Origin: a virus | Taxonomy: Duplodnaviria > Caudoviricetes | Reading direction: 5' to 3' (one strand) | Length of the DNA stretch: 64,000 bases | IMG/VR virus record: IMGVR_UViG_3300031413_000603 | Location: 1 to 64,000 of that record | Shown: one piece after another, positions 26,848 to 36,643 of the stretch | Layout: every line of letters begins with the position of its first letter | Numbering within the stretch: the first letter of the stretch is position 1 | The notes under the pieces: generated by a model | What the model was told of the DNA's origin: nothing | Database searches by the model: none | What the model saw: only the letters and a program-made list of their open reading frames with translations | Made by a program: the position numbers and the translations under genes

Positions 26848-27009
26848 GTGTCCATGGACACTAAAGCACACCCAAAAATGTAAAAAAGCATTGGGCTATC
26901 AACAATTTAGTCATCCATGAGCACTTCAATTGGTGCATCAACACTTAAATGAGTGCAAAAATTCCTTGGCTTTGCATTCTTTTGTGTTTATAGTCATGCT
27001 CATGGACAC
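26848..27009. promoter_or_regulatory. Immunity region with three operator-like dyads
   Basis: GTGTC-CATG-GACAC (26848), TCATC-CATG-AGCAC (26911), ATGCT-CATG-GACAC (26996). Confidence 0.6.
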
Positions 27010-27019
27010 ACAAAAATGT

Positions 27020-27307
27020 ATGAACCAAACAGATTGGCACCCAGCCGATGTGAAGGCTGCACTTGAAAAGAGGGGTGTAAGCCTGCGGAAATTGGCGCAT
27101 GAGCATGGCTACTCACACTTTCAGCGCGTTTTGTCTACGCATTGGTGGGCAGCTGAGCAAATAGTGGCTGCGGCGCTAGGCCTACCTGCAGATGAAATCT
27201 GGCCATCTCGCTATGCCATGGAGAGAACAAAGGCAAAGGCTCGCACGGTAAAGATTGCAGTCAGCCGCTCCGGTCGCATTCGCAAGCTCGGAGGGACCAA
27301 GGCATGA
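27020..27307 (+). CDS. ner: Ner-like DNA-binding protein
   Basis: DWHPADVKAALEKRG.SL..L...IWPSRY. Confidence 0.9.
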   Translation: MNQTDWHPADVKAALEKRGVSLRKLAHEHGYSHFQRVLSTHWWAAEQIVAAALGLPADEIWPSRYAMERTKAKARTVKIAVSRSGRIRKLGGTKA

Positions 27308-29523
27308 TCTGGCTTACCGCTCGTGAACTAGCAGGCCTGCCCGGCATGCCAAGCTCTGAACGTCGCACCCGAGATCGCCTAGATGAAATGGCTGTTGCAT
27401 CTCGTCAGCGCGAGGGCCGAGGTGGTGGTCTTGTCTATGACTGCTCTGCGCTTCCAGAAGATACCCGTGCCGCTATCGCGGCTCGCCAGATCACCGCAGC
27501 AGCAGCCGTTGCCTTGACTGTGGTCGACACACCTGCAGTGCAGTCCTTCGCACCTCCTGCAGCGCCTGAGAAACCCGGCACCTTAGTTCCTACTCCTGCG
27601 CCAGGAAGCCGCCAACCTAGCCAGGCAGACAAGGACGTTGCCGATGCACGTATGCGTCTTGTGACCATGGTGCAAGGCATGGTGACGCTGGGTGGCTTGC
27701 GCCGCGCATGCCAGCTGCTGGCAGCCCAGATCATGACTGGTGAAGCTGGCGGTGAAGTCCAATCGATTGCCCGCCTGGCCAACCAGCGTGCCCGGGGCGA
27801 CATGGTCAGCGCCCGCACCCTGGAGCGCTGGGTGGGGTTGCAGCGTGCTGATGGCTGGTGGGGCTTGTTGCCCGCCCAGGTAGAGAACGCCCGCATCCCA
27901 TACTTTGAGGATGACGTGGCTGCAGTGCTGGGCATGTACCACAGCCGGGATTCGCGCTTTCGCAAACTCAGCAATGCCGCCAAGGAAGTGACTCGCAGCA
28001 TGGAGCGTGACTTTGACTCTTGGCAGAGCCTGTACCACCGCGCCCGCCGCGCTCTGGACAAGATCGGCCAGTCAGCAGAGGCCAATGTGGCTTTGATCAA
28101 AGCTCGCCACACCGGCGCACAACGCGATGCCAAGCTGCCATTTCAGCGCCGCGACTCCAGCATGCTTGATCCGCTGGACGTATGGGTGATCGACGGCCAC
28201 ACCTTTAAAGCCAAGGTTCGCCATCCTGACCATGGCGCTCCTTTTGCGCCCGAGCTCACGCTGGTGCTCTCTGCCAGCTGCCGGATGATCATGGGCTGGT
28301 CTGTGAACTTGTCCGAGAACGTGATGGCGGTGGGCGATGCTTTGCGCCACGCCATCGGGCAGCACGGTGTGCCAGCCATTCTCTACGGTGACAACGGTGC
28401 AGGCGAAACCGCCAAGGCTATGGACTGCCCGATTGATGGATTCTGCGCACGCCTTGGTATTGAGCACCGCCTGGGCATCCCTGGCAAGCCCCAAGGCCAC
28501 GGCGTGATCGAGCGCAGCTGGCAGACCCATGCGATCAATGCAGCGCGCAGGTTCGGTAGCTACCAAGGCAGGGACGTAGACGGTGGAACATTCCGTAAAG
28601 TCGCGGCCGAGCTGGCGAAGGAGCAGCGCGCCATCAAGCGTGCATCAGAGACGGGCGAGGTGATCCAGCTCTCGCCCAAGGCTCCGACCTGGCAGCAGTT
28701 CCTGGATGGCATCGAAGTGATGGTGCAGCAGTACAACACTGAGCACCGTCACCGCAGTTTGCCAAAGCGCGCCGATGGCAAGCGCATGACGCCCGCAGAG
28801 GCCTTTGCAGCCAGCTTCAACGCTGAGCTGCAGATCAAGCCATCACAGCTCGAGCTGCGCATGCTCTTCATGCCCTCGATCATCCGCACTGCCAAGCGTG
28901 GCGAAGTGGTGTTCTTCAACCAGCACTACCAGGCGCCAGAGCTGATGCGCCGCGATATCGATGGCCGCGAGGTCAGCGTGCGCTACGACATCCACGACCC
29001 GAATTTTGTGATGGTCTACACCTTGGGCGGTGAGTTTGTGTGCGAGGCCCGCTGGAATGCCAACCGCAAAGACTTCTTCCCCAAGCCGGTCATCGAGATG
29101 GCACGCGAGAAGCGCGTGGGCGCGGCCATCAAGCGCCGCGAGCAGCAGATCGATACAGCATTGCGCGAGCTCGGCCCCACTGTCGATACGCGCACCCTCA
29201 CTGGTTTTTCCCTGCCGGAGCCGCGCAGCCGTTCGGTTGTGCCCACCACCTTGGAGATGCAGTTGCCTGCTCTTCACACACTCCCTGTTTCCTCCGAGGC
29301 AGCAGCTGAGCAATCAGCTGCAGGCAGGCCTTTCTTTGATACCCCGAGCGACCGATACGAGTGGCTGATGAACAACCGCGAGCACTGGCAAGCAGATGAC
29401 CAGGCATGGCTGAGCAACTACGTACAGACCGACAGCTTTGGCGATCTGAGGGAGTACTACGAAAACAGGGGGATGGGATGGAGCGGCGAGGAAAACGCCG
29501 GGGGTTTTAAGAGTGCCCTGTGA
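27304..29523 (+). CDS. Mu-type DDE transposase (A protein)
   Basis: N-terminal Mu HTH, WVIDGH, LYGDNG, G.IER catalytic motifs, Mu C-terminal domain. Confidence 0.95.
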   Translation: MIWLTARELAGLPGMPSSERRTRDRLDEMAVASRQREGRGGGLVYDCSALPEDTRAAIAARQITAAAAVALTVVDTPAVQSFAPPAAPEKPGTLVPTPAPGSRQPSQADKDVADARMRLVTMVQGMVTLGGLRRACQLLAAQIMTGEAGGEVQSIARLANQRARGDMVSARTLERWVGLQRADGWWGLLPAQVENARIPYFEDDVAAVLGMYHSRDSRFRKLSNAAKEVTRSMERDFDSWQSLYHRARRALDKIGQSAEANVALIKARHTGAQRDAKLPFQRRDSSMLDPLDVWVIDGHTFKAKVRHPDHGAPFAPELTLVLSASCRMIMGWSVNLSENVMAVGDALRHAIGQHGVPAILYGDNGAGETAKAMDCPIDGFCARLGIEHRLGIPGKPQGHGVIERSWQTHAINAARRFGSYQGRDVDGGTFRKVAAELAKEQRAIKRASETGEVIQLSPKAPTWQQFLDGIEVMVQQYNTEHRHRSLPKRADGKRMTPAEAFAASFNAELQIKPSQLELRMLFMPSIIRTAKRGEVVFFNQHYQAPELMRRDIDGREVSVRYDIHDPNFVMVYTLGGEFVCEARWNANRKDFFPKPVIEMAREKRVGAAIKRREQQIDTALRELGPTVDTRTLTGFSLPEPRSRSVVPTTLEMQLPALHTLPVSSEAAAEQSAAGRPFFDTPSDRYEWLMNNREHWQADDQAWLSNYVQTDSFGDLREYYENRGMGWSGEENAGGFKSAL

Positions 29524-29583
29524 TGGCGGCAACCACCACAGAGCGTGCCTGAAGTAACGCGAAACAAGCGAAGGAAATATAAA

Positions 29584-30315
29584 GTGAAAAAAGGATTTGT
29601 GCAAACTCAGAATTTCCGCCTCCTCAAGGAAGCAGAAAAAATCGTGGCCCGTCGTGGGGCACGCGAAGCCGGCCTGGTGTTGATCCAGGGCGTGTATGGC
29701 ATTGGCAAGTCCGAGCTCACTGAGCGGTGGGCAAGCGAAAGCGGCCATGTGTTTATCCGCAGCCAAAAGGTCTGGACCAGCAGAGCGCTGCTCGAAGAGG
29801 TCGCAACGAAGTTGGGTCTGTCCGTACGCGGAAGTGCCAAGGATGTGCAAAACCGCATTACCTCGCACCTGGCAGTCAGCATGCAGGCGCTGATCTTCGA
29901 CGAGGCCGACTACCTGGCGGACATGCGCAACGCTTCGAAGCTGGAAACCATCCGTGATATCTCGGACGTGACAGGCACGATGGTGTTCTTGGTGGGAATG
30001 GAAAACTTCCCGGCCATTGTTCAGCGATACGACCACATCGCCAGCCGTGTCGCCCGTATCGTCCAGCTGCATTTGCTCACCCTTGCCGACGTTCAGATGA
30101 CTTGCAAAGCCAAGTCCGAGGTCGCGCTCACTCCTGCTTTGGTCGAGCAGATTCACCGGGACAGCAAGGGCCGCATGCGCCACGTGCTCAATGCCATTGC
30201 CAACATCGAAGTATGGGCCGAGGCCAACAGCTGGACCGAAGTGGACGTCGCGCACATCAAAGGCAAGTCCTTGTGCGCAGACTTCACCGGCCATCTCACA
30301 AAGCGAGGTGTGTGA
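29584..30315 (+). CDS. Transposition AAA+ ATPase (B protein)
   Basis: GVYGIGKS Walker A, LIFDEAD Walker B. Confidence 0.9.
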   Translation: MKKGFVQTQNFRLLKEAEKIVARRGAREAGLVLIQGVYGIGKSELTERWASESGHVFIRSQKVWTSRALLEEVATKLGLSVRGSAKDVQNRITSHLAVSMQALIFDEADYLADMRNASKLETIRDISDVTGTMVFLVGMENFPAIVQRYDHIASRVARIVQLHLLTLADVQMTCKAKSEVALTPALVEQIHRDSKGRMRHVLNAIANIEVWAEANSWTEVDVAHIKGKSLCADFTGHLTKRGV

Positions 30316-30968
30316 TGGCATATCCAACATCTTGGTATGTGGTGCCAGCCCTTGCCGCGCTCGCTCAGCATGCAAGCGCCAAGAATCCGTTGGTCAATGC
30401 TGCGCAGCTAAGCGCCTGGGCAGATAGCGATCAGCTGGAATTCTCTCCTGGCACAGCGGCAATGGCGTTGAGCACCTTGCAAAGGAATGGCTGGTGCACT
30501 ATTCCTGGTGGACGCCGTCGCCCTAACAATTTGGTCACCGAGTACCTGGTCACGTCTATTGGCTTACAGGCCGCACTTATGGCCTGGCGGAGCATGCCAA
30601 ATGGGCCTGTGCCAGACAAGGATGAGCTGAGCACCCGTCTGTGGAACTTGCTGCGCATTCGCCGGCGCCTCACGCCCGAAGAAGCTGCAGAGACTCTGGT
30701 AGATGCAGACGCTGACTTCGCTGCCAAGAAAAAGCGCATTGGTGCCTTGCTGGCAGCATGGGCAAAGCACGCGCCAACTGCGGTTACCACTGGGTTGAAG
30801 CGAGAAGGTGGTCAGATTCGCTACGTTCTGACTGAGGACTGGGGGCGTTGGCCTGCACCATCCAAGGCCGGCCAGTTCCACCCGGTGATGTTTGCTCATG
30901 CCCAGGCTATCCCCGACCGTTATCGCAAGAAGGCGTCGCCGGTTTCTGAGGAGGCTGATCAAGCATGA
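30315..30968 (+). CDS. Early hypothetical protein (winged-HTH-like)
   Basis: TGATG overlap with B; 217 aa. Confidence 0.7.
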   Translation: MAYPTSWYVVPALAALAQHASAKNPLVNAAQLSAWADSDQLEFSPGTAAMALSTLQRNGWCTIPGGRRRPNNLVTEYLVTSIGLQAALMAWRSMPNGPVPDKDELSTRLWNLLRIRRRLTPEEAAETLVDADADFAAKKKRIGALLAAWAKHAPTAVTTGLKREGGQIRYVLTEDWGRWPAPSKAGQFHPVMFAHAQAIPDRYRKKASPVSEEADQA

Positions 30969-31408
30969 AGCCTTCCTACATGAATGAATCCTGGTTCGCA
31001 CTCTTGAAGGCGCGCGCCGACATGCCTGGTGCGGTGCGGGCGCATATCGCCAAGAAGCTTGGCATTGGCCCAGCAGCGTTGAGCCAGGTGCTCAATGCGA
31101 GCGGCGAATACGGCAAGGGCACTGCGAGCACCAGCCGCATCGCTGACAAGGTTATCCATACCTTTGGGCGTTATGCCTGCCCTCATCTGACGGATGAGGC
31201 AGGTGGCGAGGAGTGCGTAATCACGGCAGATCAGTGCCGAGCCTATTCACACCGACCAGCACCAACCGCACCCCGCGAGATGAAGCACTGGCAGGCCTGC
31301 AACCGTTGTGTCCACAAGGAATCTTGTGCGCCCCCTGTGCCGCGTGCGGTCCAGCACCGCAAGGTGATCCCGATAACGAAGACACCGGAGGCCCAAGATG
31401 CGAGCTGA
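30965..31408 (+). CDS. HTH protein with Cys-rich C-terminus
   Basis: IAKKLGIGPAALSQVL HTH; CPHL...C...CNRC. Confidence 0.75.
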   Translation: MKPSYMNESWFALLKARADMPGAVRAHIAKKLGIGPAALSQVLNASGEYGKGTASTSRIADKVIHTFGRYACPHLTDEAGGEECVITADQCRAYSHRPAPTAPREMKHWQACNRCVHKESCAPPVPRAVQHRKVIPITKTPEAQDAS

Positions 31409-31550
31409 TGACCTGAGCTGGATTCGCCGCCGCGCCCGCCGTCTGCAGCGCGCCTTTACCGTCACCCGCCGACGAGCTGTGCGTCAAGCAGCACAGGACT
31501 GGTGGCAAATGCACGGCCAAGCCCGTTCTCTGCGAGGAGCCGCAGCATGA
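31398..31550 (+). CDS. 50-aa Arg-rich early protein
   Basis: GGAGG SD, ATG 31398, ATGA overlap at its end. Confidence 0.55.
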   Translation: MRADDLSWIRRRARRLQRAFTVTRRRAVRQAAQDWWQMHGQARSLRGAAA

Positions 31551-31777
31551 AGAAGTTTCTCTTTGCGCCTGGCGTCTTGGAACGGCACACGCGTGACGAA
31601 TGGCGCAGGAGCGAGCGCCGCATTACCCGGTCTGATCGATTGAGTCGCGAACGCACTAATCCTGATAGCTGGTCGATGTACTTGCTCGTCTGCCTGTGCC
31701 TGGTCGCCTACGCCTTGCTGATCGGCGTGGTGGCTGGCTACCTGGACTGGTCGCTCAACTGGGGAGCCATGCGATGA
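31547..31777 (+). CDS. Small early membrane protein
   Basis: ATGA overlaps both sides; C-terminal TM. Confidence 0.65.
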   Translation: MKKFLFAPGVLERHTRDEWRRSERRITRSDRLSRERTNPDSWSMYLLVCLCLVAYALLIGVVAGYLDWSLNWGAMR

Positions 31778-32028
31778 ATGAAGAGCAAATCAAAACCGAA
31801 GCTGTCGCACTGTGCGAGCGCCTGATGGATCAGGCCAATGGTCAGCGCTTGGACATATTCGTTTCTGCCCTGGCGCATGCCATCCGAGCATGTGCCGACT
31901 CATCACCGCCGCATGTGCGCATGGAGATCGGTCGACTGCTGTTGCGTGTAGGTGGTCTTGTGGTGGCAGAAAGCCAGTCGCAGCCCATTCCACATCCATC
32001 GCCCACCACTTCAACTTCTATTCACTGA
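31774..32028 (+). CDS. Early hypothetical protein
   Basis: 84 aa, ATGA overlap. Confidence 0.65.
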   Translation: MNEEQIKTEAVALCERLMDQANGQRLDIFVSALAHAIRACADSSPPHVRMEIGRLLLRVGGLVVAESQSQPIPHPSPTTSTSIH

Positions 32029-32037
32029 GGAGTCACT

Positions 32038-32649
32038 ATGACCAAAACCATTCCTGCGGGCTATTGGGAAAATGCCAAGGGCAATTTTGTCCCGGAATCG
32101 AAGATCAAACCCATTGACAAACTGCGCGATTCCTTTGTACGCGAATGGTGCGCAAAGGCCAAGCAACAGAACGAGCTGCTCAAGAAGTTCAAGACCCAGA
32201 GCATGCAGGACTTCCTGGCCTTCGTCGAAACGAGCATTGAGCAGTACGAGGTCAAGATGCGCGGCAGCAAGGGCAATGTCACCCTGTTTGCCTTTGATGC
32301 TTCTTTAAAGATCGTCTACCAGGTGCAAGATCGCTTGGTATTTGGCGAGCAATTGCAAGCAGCCAAATTGCTTATCGACAAATGCGTAGTGCGCTGGTCT
32401 GAGGGCGCGAACGACAACATCCGCGTTCTGGTCAACGATGCCTTCCAGGTCGACAAGGCTGGAAAGATCAATACCGAGCGTGTGCTGGGTCTCAAGCGCC
32501 TAGACATCCAAGACTCTGACTGGAAGCTTGCCATGCAGGCCATCTCAGATAGCACCATGGTGGCTGATTCCAAGCCCTATATCCGCTTCTACGAGCGAGA
32601 TGCCGAGGGTACTTACCAGCCCATCGTTCTGGACATGGCGGCTGTATGA
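32038..32649 (+). CDS. DUF3164-family Mu-like early protein
   Basis: IPAGYWENAKG, KGNVTL..FD, SKPYIRFYER. Confidence 0.85.
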   Translation: MTKTIPAGYWENAKGNFVPESKIKPIDKLRDSFVREWCAKAKQQNELLKKFKTQSMQDFLAFVETSIEQYEVKMRGSKGNVTLFAFDASLKIVYQVQDRLVFGEQLQAAKLLIDKCVVRWSEGANDNIRVLVNDAFQVDKAGKINTERVLGLKRLDIQDSDWKLAMQAISDSTMVADSKPYIRFYERDAEGTYQPIVLDMAAV

Positions 32650-33350
32650 CCAGAGACGAAGCCCTCAAGAAAATCAAGAAGTGCCTGGCGCTCGGCCGCA
32701 GTGCCAACCAGGCAGAAGCTGCGGCAGCACTACGGCAAGCCCAGAAGCTCATGGAGATGTTCAACGTCGGCGAGCAGGATGTATCGCTGCTGGATGTGGG
32801 AGAGACAGAGGCGCGCAGCGCGAGCACCGCCGTCAATGCATGGGAGCTGCGCCTGGTTGTTCTCATCGCCAAGGCCTTCGGGTGCGAGCAGTTCTCTCGG
32901 GCCATTGACAGCTACAGCGATGCAGGCAACCTGGTGCGCAAGCGCTATTGGGTATTCGTGGGGATGGGCGCAGCGCACACGGTGGCCGCATACGCCTGCG
33001 AGGTATTGGTGCGACAGTGCTCTCGCCAGCGGGCAGCGCACATTGCTAAACAGCCTCGCAACTGCAAGCCCATCACCAAGACGGTACGCGGCGATCAGTT
33101 TGCCACCGGCTGGGTTGCAGGTGTTGCTCGCAATGTGGAAGCTTTTGCACAGCCAGCAGGCGACAAGGCTTTGCTGCAGGCCTACATTTCCCGTGAGCAT
33201 GGCGAGCTGCAGAAAGGCGATGTTCGCAATTCTTTAAATGGCAGGAAGGTCGATGGTCTCGGCCACCTGGCTGCAGGCTTCCGTGCGGGCCAGGATGTCC
33301 AGCTGCAGCACGGGATTGGCGGCATGCCAGACCAGGGGTTTCTGTCATGA
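32646..33350 (+). CDS. DUF2786-domain protein
   Basis: KKIKKCLALGRSANQAEAAAALRQAQKLM. Confidence 0.85.
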   Translation: MTRDEALKKIKKCLALGRSANQAEAAAALRQAQKLMEMFNVGEQDVSLLDVGETEARSASTAVNAWELRLVVLIAKAFGCEQFSRAIDSYSDAGNLVRKRYWVFVGMGAAHTVAAYACEVLVRQCSRQRAAHIAKQPRNCKPITKTVRGDQFATGWVAGVARNVEAFAQPAGDKALLQAYISREHGELQKGDVRNSLNGRKVDGLGHLAAGFRAGQDVQLQHGIGGMPDQGFLS

Positions 33351-33652
33351 CCCGAGTTACCAAACCCAAAAATGTACCGATGGCCATTCTCTCCATCGGG
33401 TACCAAAAATACGTAATGCCTTCGACCAAGGCCATGAAAGTGGCAGAGCTGATGCAGGGAGCGGCGACTGTCGATTACGACTTCCGTGCATCCTCCTCGA
33501 AGTACATCGTGCAGGAGGAGGAGCTGCGCATTGCATTCGAGCTGGTTCGCGCTGACCAGATTGTTATGCCAGAAGGCTCAATCGAGCCCGCTGCAGCTCC
33601 TCGGCGAAGCGCTGTTCAGCTGACCAATGAACCTCGGAGGCTGACACGATGA
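33347..33652 (+). CDS. Early hypothetical protein
   Basis: 101 aa, overlaps both neighbours. Confidence 0.7.
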   Translation: MTRVTKPKNVPMAILSIGYQKYVMPSTKAMKVAELMQGAATVDYDFRASSSKYIVQEEELRIAFELVRADQIVMPEGSIEPAAAPRRSAVQLTNEPRRLTR

Positions 33653-34119
33653 ATCGCCGTTTCACTTCCTACAGCTCGCCTGCCAATCTTGAGGCACAGC
33701 GCAAACGCGAGCTCGGACACATCCACCAGGGAAAGGCTGCGCTGGGCTGGACAGATGACGACTACCGTTTTCATCTGATGCAGAACACCGGCAAGAGCAG
33801 TGCTGCGGATCTGGATGCTGCTGGCCGCGCTGCAGTGCTCTCGCACATGGCAAAGCTGGGGTTCAAGCCGAAGGCGCGCGAATTTAAACCATTCGGCCAG
33901 CCCGAGAAGATCGTATGGCTGTGGAAGCAGATCGGCCTGGCGGGTGGTCTGCGCGACTCTGGCCCATCTGCACTGCTTGCATTTGTCGCTCGCACCACTG
34001 GCACGGGTGTATCGGATGTCAAGTTCTTGCCGACCCTCGATGCCAACAAGGTGATCGAGGCTTTGAAGTCCATGCTCGACCGCGCCAAGCGCGCTCAGAA
34101 GGCTACCAATGTCCAATGA
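33649..34119 (+). CDS. gemA: GemA / Mu gp16-family protein
   Basis: IHQGKAALGW.DDDYR..L...TGKSSA.DL; KIVWLW; VIEALKSM. Confidence 0.85.
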   Translation: MNRRFTSYSSPANLEAQRKRELGHIHQGKAALGWTDDDYRFHLMQNTGKSSAADLDAAGRAAVLSHMAKLGFKPKAREFKPFGQPEKIVWLWKQIGLAGGLRDSGPSALLAFVARTTGTGVSDVKFLPTLDANKVIEALKSMLDRAKRAQKATNVQ

Positions 34120-34777
34120 ATTCAAACACACCATCGAGGCAGATATTCGTGGAGTAGAACACACTCAAGATGAGTTTGCAGTCCGTGAATCTGTGATTGG
34201 CCCGAACATCCTGATGGCCAGCGGTACCTATTTCCACTTCGACGATCCGTGGCGCACTGGCGTCTGCGTCGAGGACATTGCGCACGCGCTCTCCAACATC
34301 TGTCGCTTCACAGGCCATTGTCGCGAGTTCTACAGCGTTGCCCAGCACGCGGTCTTGGTGTCGCATCTGGTGCCAACAGAGTATGCGTACCAGGCGCTGC
34401 ACCACGATGACGTGGAAGCTGTGATGGGCGATATGTCTAGCCCGCTCAAGAAGCTCATACCTGAATACAAGCGCCTGGAGCATGAAATCGAGCGCGTGAT
34501 CCTGGCGCAATGCGGCATTCGGTTGCCAATGCCTGATGAAGTAAAGCGTGCGGACCTCATTGCTCTGCGAACAGAACAGCGCGACTTGATGCCAGAGATC
34601 GGCGGTAAATGGATGAGCTTGCATGGCATCAAACCTGCCGATATCGAGCTTATCCCAATGAACCCGGCAGCAGCGCGTGCAGCCTACCTGCTTCGCCATG
34701 AGGAACTGTGGTCCGAATACGCAGCCCGCCACCAGTCGCATGCCACGCCACTTCAACCTCGCACGAGGAGCGCCTGA
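34109..34777 (+). CDS. HD-domain phosphohydrolase (YfbR/YfdR-like nucleotidase)
   Basis: DIAHALSNICRFTGH...YSVAQH...LHHDD.EA.MGD..SPLK. Confidence 0.85.
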   Translation: MSNEFKHTIEADIRGVEHTQDEFAVRESVIGPNILMASGTYFHFDDPWRTGVCVEDIAHALSNICRFTGHCREFYSVAQHAVLVSHLVPTEYAYQALHHDDVEAVMGDMSSPLKKLIPEYKRLEHEIERVILAQCGIRLPMPDEVKRADLIALRTEQRDLMPEIGGKWMSLHGIKPADIELIPMNPAAARAAYLLRHEELWSEYAARHQSHATPLQPRTRSA

Positions 34778-34779
34778 TC

Positions 34780-35766
34780 ATGGCTGAAAACACAAAGATC
34801 GAATGGACCGATCACACATTCAACCCGTGGGAGGGCTGCCAAAAGGTAGGCCCCGGCTGCGACCATTGCTATGCCGAGACGCGCAACGCGCGTTTCGCGG
34901 GTGGTCAGGCGATCAACTGGGGCCCAGGCGCACCGCGCCGCCGCACCAGCGTCAGCAACTGGAACAAACCTCTCATTTGGAATATGCACGCTGACGCCTT
35001 CATGGCCGAACATGGCCGGCGCCAGCGTGTTTTCTGCGCCAGCCTGGCTGATGTATTCGACAACGCGGTAGATCGTGAATGGCGCGACGACCTCGCTACG
35101 ATCATCCTGGACACGCCAAACCTCGACTGGCTGCTGCTGACCAAGCGAATCGGCAACGCCGGAGCCATGCTGGGTGAAATGTTTCTCGACGGCACTCCAC
35201 CGAATGTGCGGATCGGGGTAACCATCGTGAACCAGCCCGAGGCTGACCGCGATATCGAAAAGCTGCTGGCACTGGGCTTGCCCAACTTCCTGAGCATGGA
35301 ACCGCTGCTGGGACCAGTGGATCTGGAGCGGGCAAGGCCAGGCCCCGATCTGGATCAAGAAGCCGGCGCGAAGATTTGCCCGCTGTGGGTGATTCAGAGC
35401 GGCATCGACTGGGTGATCGTCGGCGGCGAGAGCGGTCCAGGCGCTCGCCCTATGCATCCCGACTGGGTGCGATCCCTGCGCGATCAGTGCCAAGCTTCAG
35501 GTGTGCCATTCCTCTTTAAACAGTGGGGAGAGTGGGCCCCAGCCGATCCCATACCAGGCACTAGATTCGGCGACGAGCTCCGCCTTGGCAAGGTGCAGCA
35601 TCTGCATGCGCCCGGCAACCCAGAAGGCTTCTTTCGACGAGGCGATGCATATGTGCGCAACGTTGGCAAGAAGGCCGCTGGGCGCGTGCTCGATGGCTGC
35701 ACCTGGGACGAATTTCCCGATGTGATTTCTTCGTCTGGAAGTGCAGCACAGGAGACATTCGCATGA
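34780..35766 (+). CDS. DUF5131 (phage Gp37/Gp68) protein
   Basis: TKIEWTDHTFNPWEGC.KV.PGC.HCYA; WVIVGGESG; PFLFKQWG. Confidence 0.9.
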   Translation: MAENTKIEWTDHTFNPWEGCQKVGPGCDHCYAETRNARFAGGQAINWGPGAPRRRTSVSNWNKPLIWNMHADAFMAEHGRRQRVFCASLADVFDNAVDREWRDDLATIILDTPNLDWLLLTKRIGNAGAMLGEMFLDGTPPNVRIGVTIVNQPEADRDIEKLLALGLPNFLSMEPLLGPVDLERARPGPDLDQEAGAKICPLWVIQSGIDWVIVGGESGPGARPMHPDWVRSLRDQCQASGVPFLFKQWGEWAPADPIPGTRFGDELRLGKVQHLHAPGNPEGFFRRGDAYVRNVGKKAAGRVLDGCTWDEFPDVISSSGSAAQETFA

Positions 35767-36008
35767 TCGCGCAACTCTTTATTGCCCTGTTCGGCGTCAC
35801 TGCCGTGGCGCTATCGCAATCAACCCTTGCTTCACGACGCCGCTGGGCTTCGGTGTTCGGCCTGGTAGGCCAGCCGTTCTGGTTCTATGCGGCGTGGGAC
35901 ACCCAGCAATGGGGCATCTTTGCTCTTTGCATCCTCTACACGATCACTTGGGGCAAGGGCTTTTACACGTACTGGATTGCCGTCAAGGCGGGAAAGGAGG
36001 CACCATGA
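35763..36008 (+). CDS. Small multi-pass membrane protein (GQPFW family)
   Basis: Three hydrophobic segments; homologous to 44126-44416. Confidence 0.75.
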   Translation: MIAQLFIALFGVTAVALSQSTLASRRRWASVFGLVGQPFWFYAAWDTQQWGIFALCILYTITWGKGFYTYWIAVKAGKEAP

Positions 36009-36184
36009 CCACGGGCACCAACATCCACCGGTTCCCTGGTGCTGAACTCCCGGAGCAGACGCTTTCAGTGGAAAAGAAGTACCGGAGCTTCTGCCAGCAT
36101 GAAAAGATCACGCTGGATGACCACAGCCGTACAGTGCGCTGTGTTGCGAATAGCTATGTCCGACGCCAGCCACCTTCCCATTGA
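36005..36184 (+). CDS. 59-aa hypothetical protein, possibly truncated
   Basis: GGAGG SD, ATGA overlap; FCQHEKITLDDHSRTVRC then runs into the mor 5' end. Confidence 0.5.
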   Translation: MTTGTNIHRFPGAELPEQTLSVEKKYRSFCQHEKITLDDHSRTVRCVANSYVRRQPPSH

Positions 36185-36566
36185 GCTACTGCCGCCTCTG
36201 CTGCAGAACTTTGTGCGCCTGATTGGCCTGGCCCCCACCATGTCACTGGTGCAGGTATTTGGCGGGCGCAGAGTCTATTTCCCCAAGCAACCCACTCCCG
36301 AGCATCCTTTGGCCGCTATCGTCGGTCTGGAGAACCTTTTAAAGCTGAGCGAGGTATACGGTGGCTTGGAGCATTTCCAGCTTCCCAAGGCCGAGAGGGC
36401 GCTCCTCGCTGTCCGTAACTCCAGCATCGCAGCAGACTATGCTGCCCATAAAACGGCCCGTGATTTGGCTGTAGAGCACGGCCTCACGGAGGGGCAGATC
36501 GTCCGAATCGTAGCCGCCCAAGGTGTAACAGCACCATTGGATAGACGGCAGAAGGCACTCTTTTGA
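36156..36566 (+). CDS. mor: Mor/C-family late transcription activator
   Basis: LIG......LV..FGGRRVYFPK; RN..I; LAVEHGLTEGQI.RIV HTH. Confidence 0.9.
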   Translation: MSDASHLPIELLPPLLQNFVRLIGLAPTMSLVQVFGGRRVYFPKQPTPEHPLAAIVGLENLLKLSEVYGGLEHFQLPKAERALLAVRNSSIAADYAAHKTARDLAVEHGLTEGQIVRIVAAQGVTAPLDRRQKALF

Positions 36567-36588
36567 CTTATCGCTCTGCCGTTTAAAG

Positions 36589-36624
36589 ACGCCCTATTTC
36601 ATTCGAGATAGGGCGTTTTTCTTT
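36589..36624 (+). terminator. Intrinsic terminator of the early operon
   Basis: ACGCCCTAT/ATAGGGCGT stem + TTTTCTTT. Confidence 0.8.
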
Positions 36625-36643
36625 GCCGAAGTGCTGTAATTTG

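Noticed and set aside
34109-34777. DatZ / Z-genome (2-aminoadenine) pathway
   Set aside because: An HD hydrolase alone; no purZ or mazZ visible, and the phage encodes an adenine methylase.
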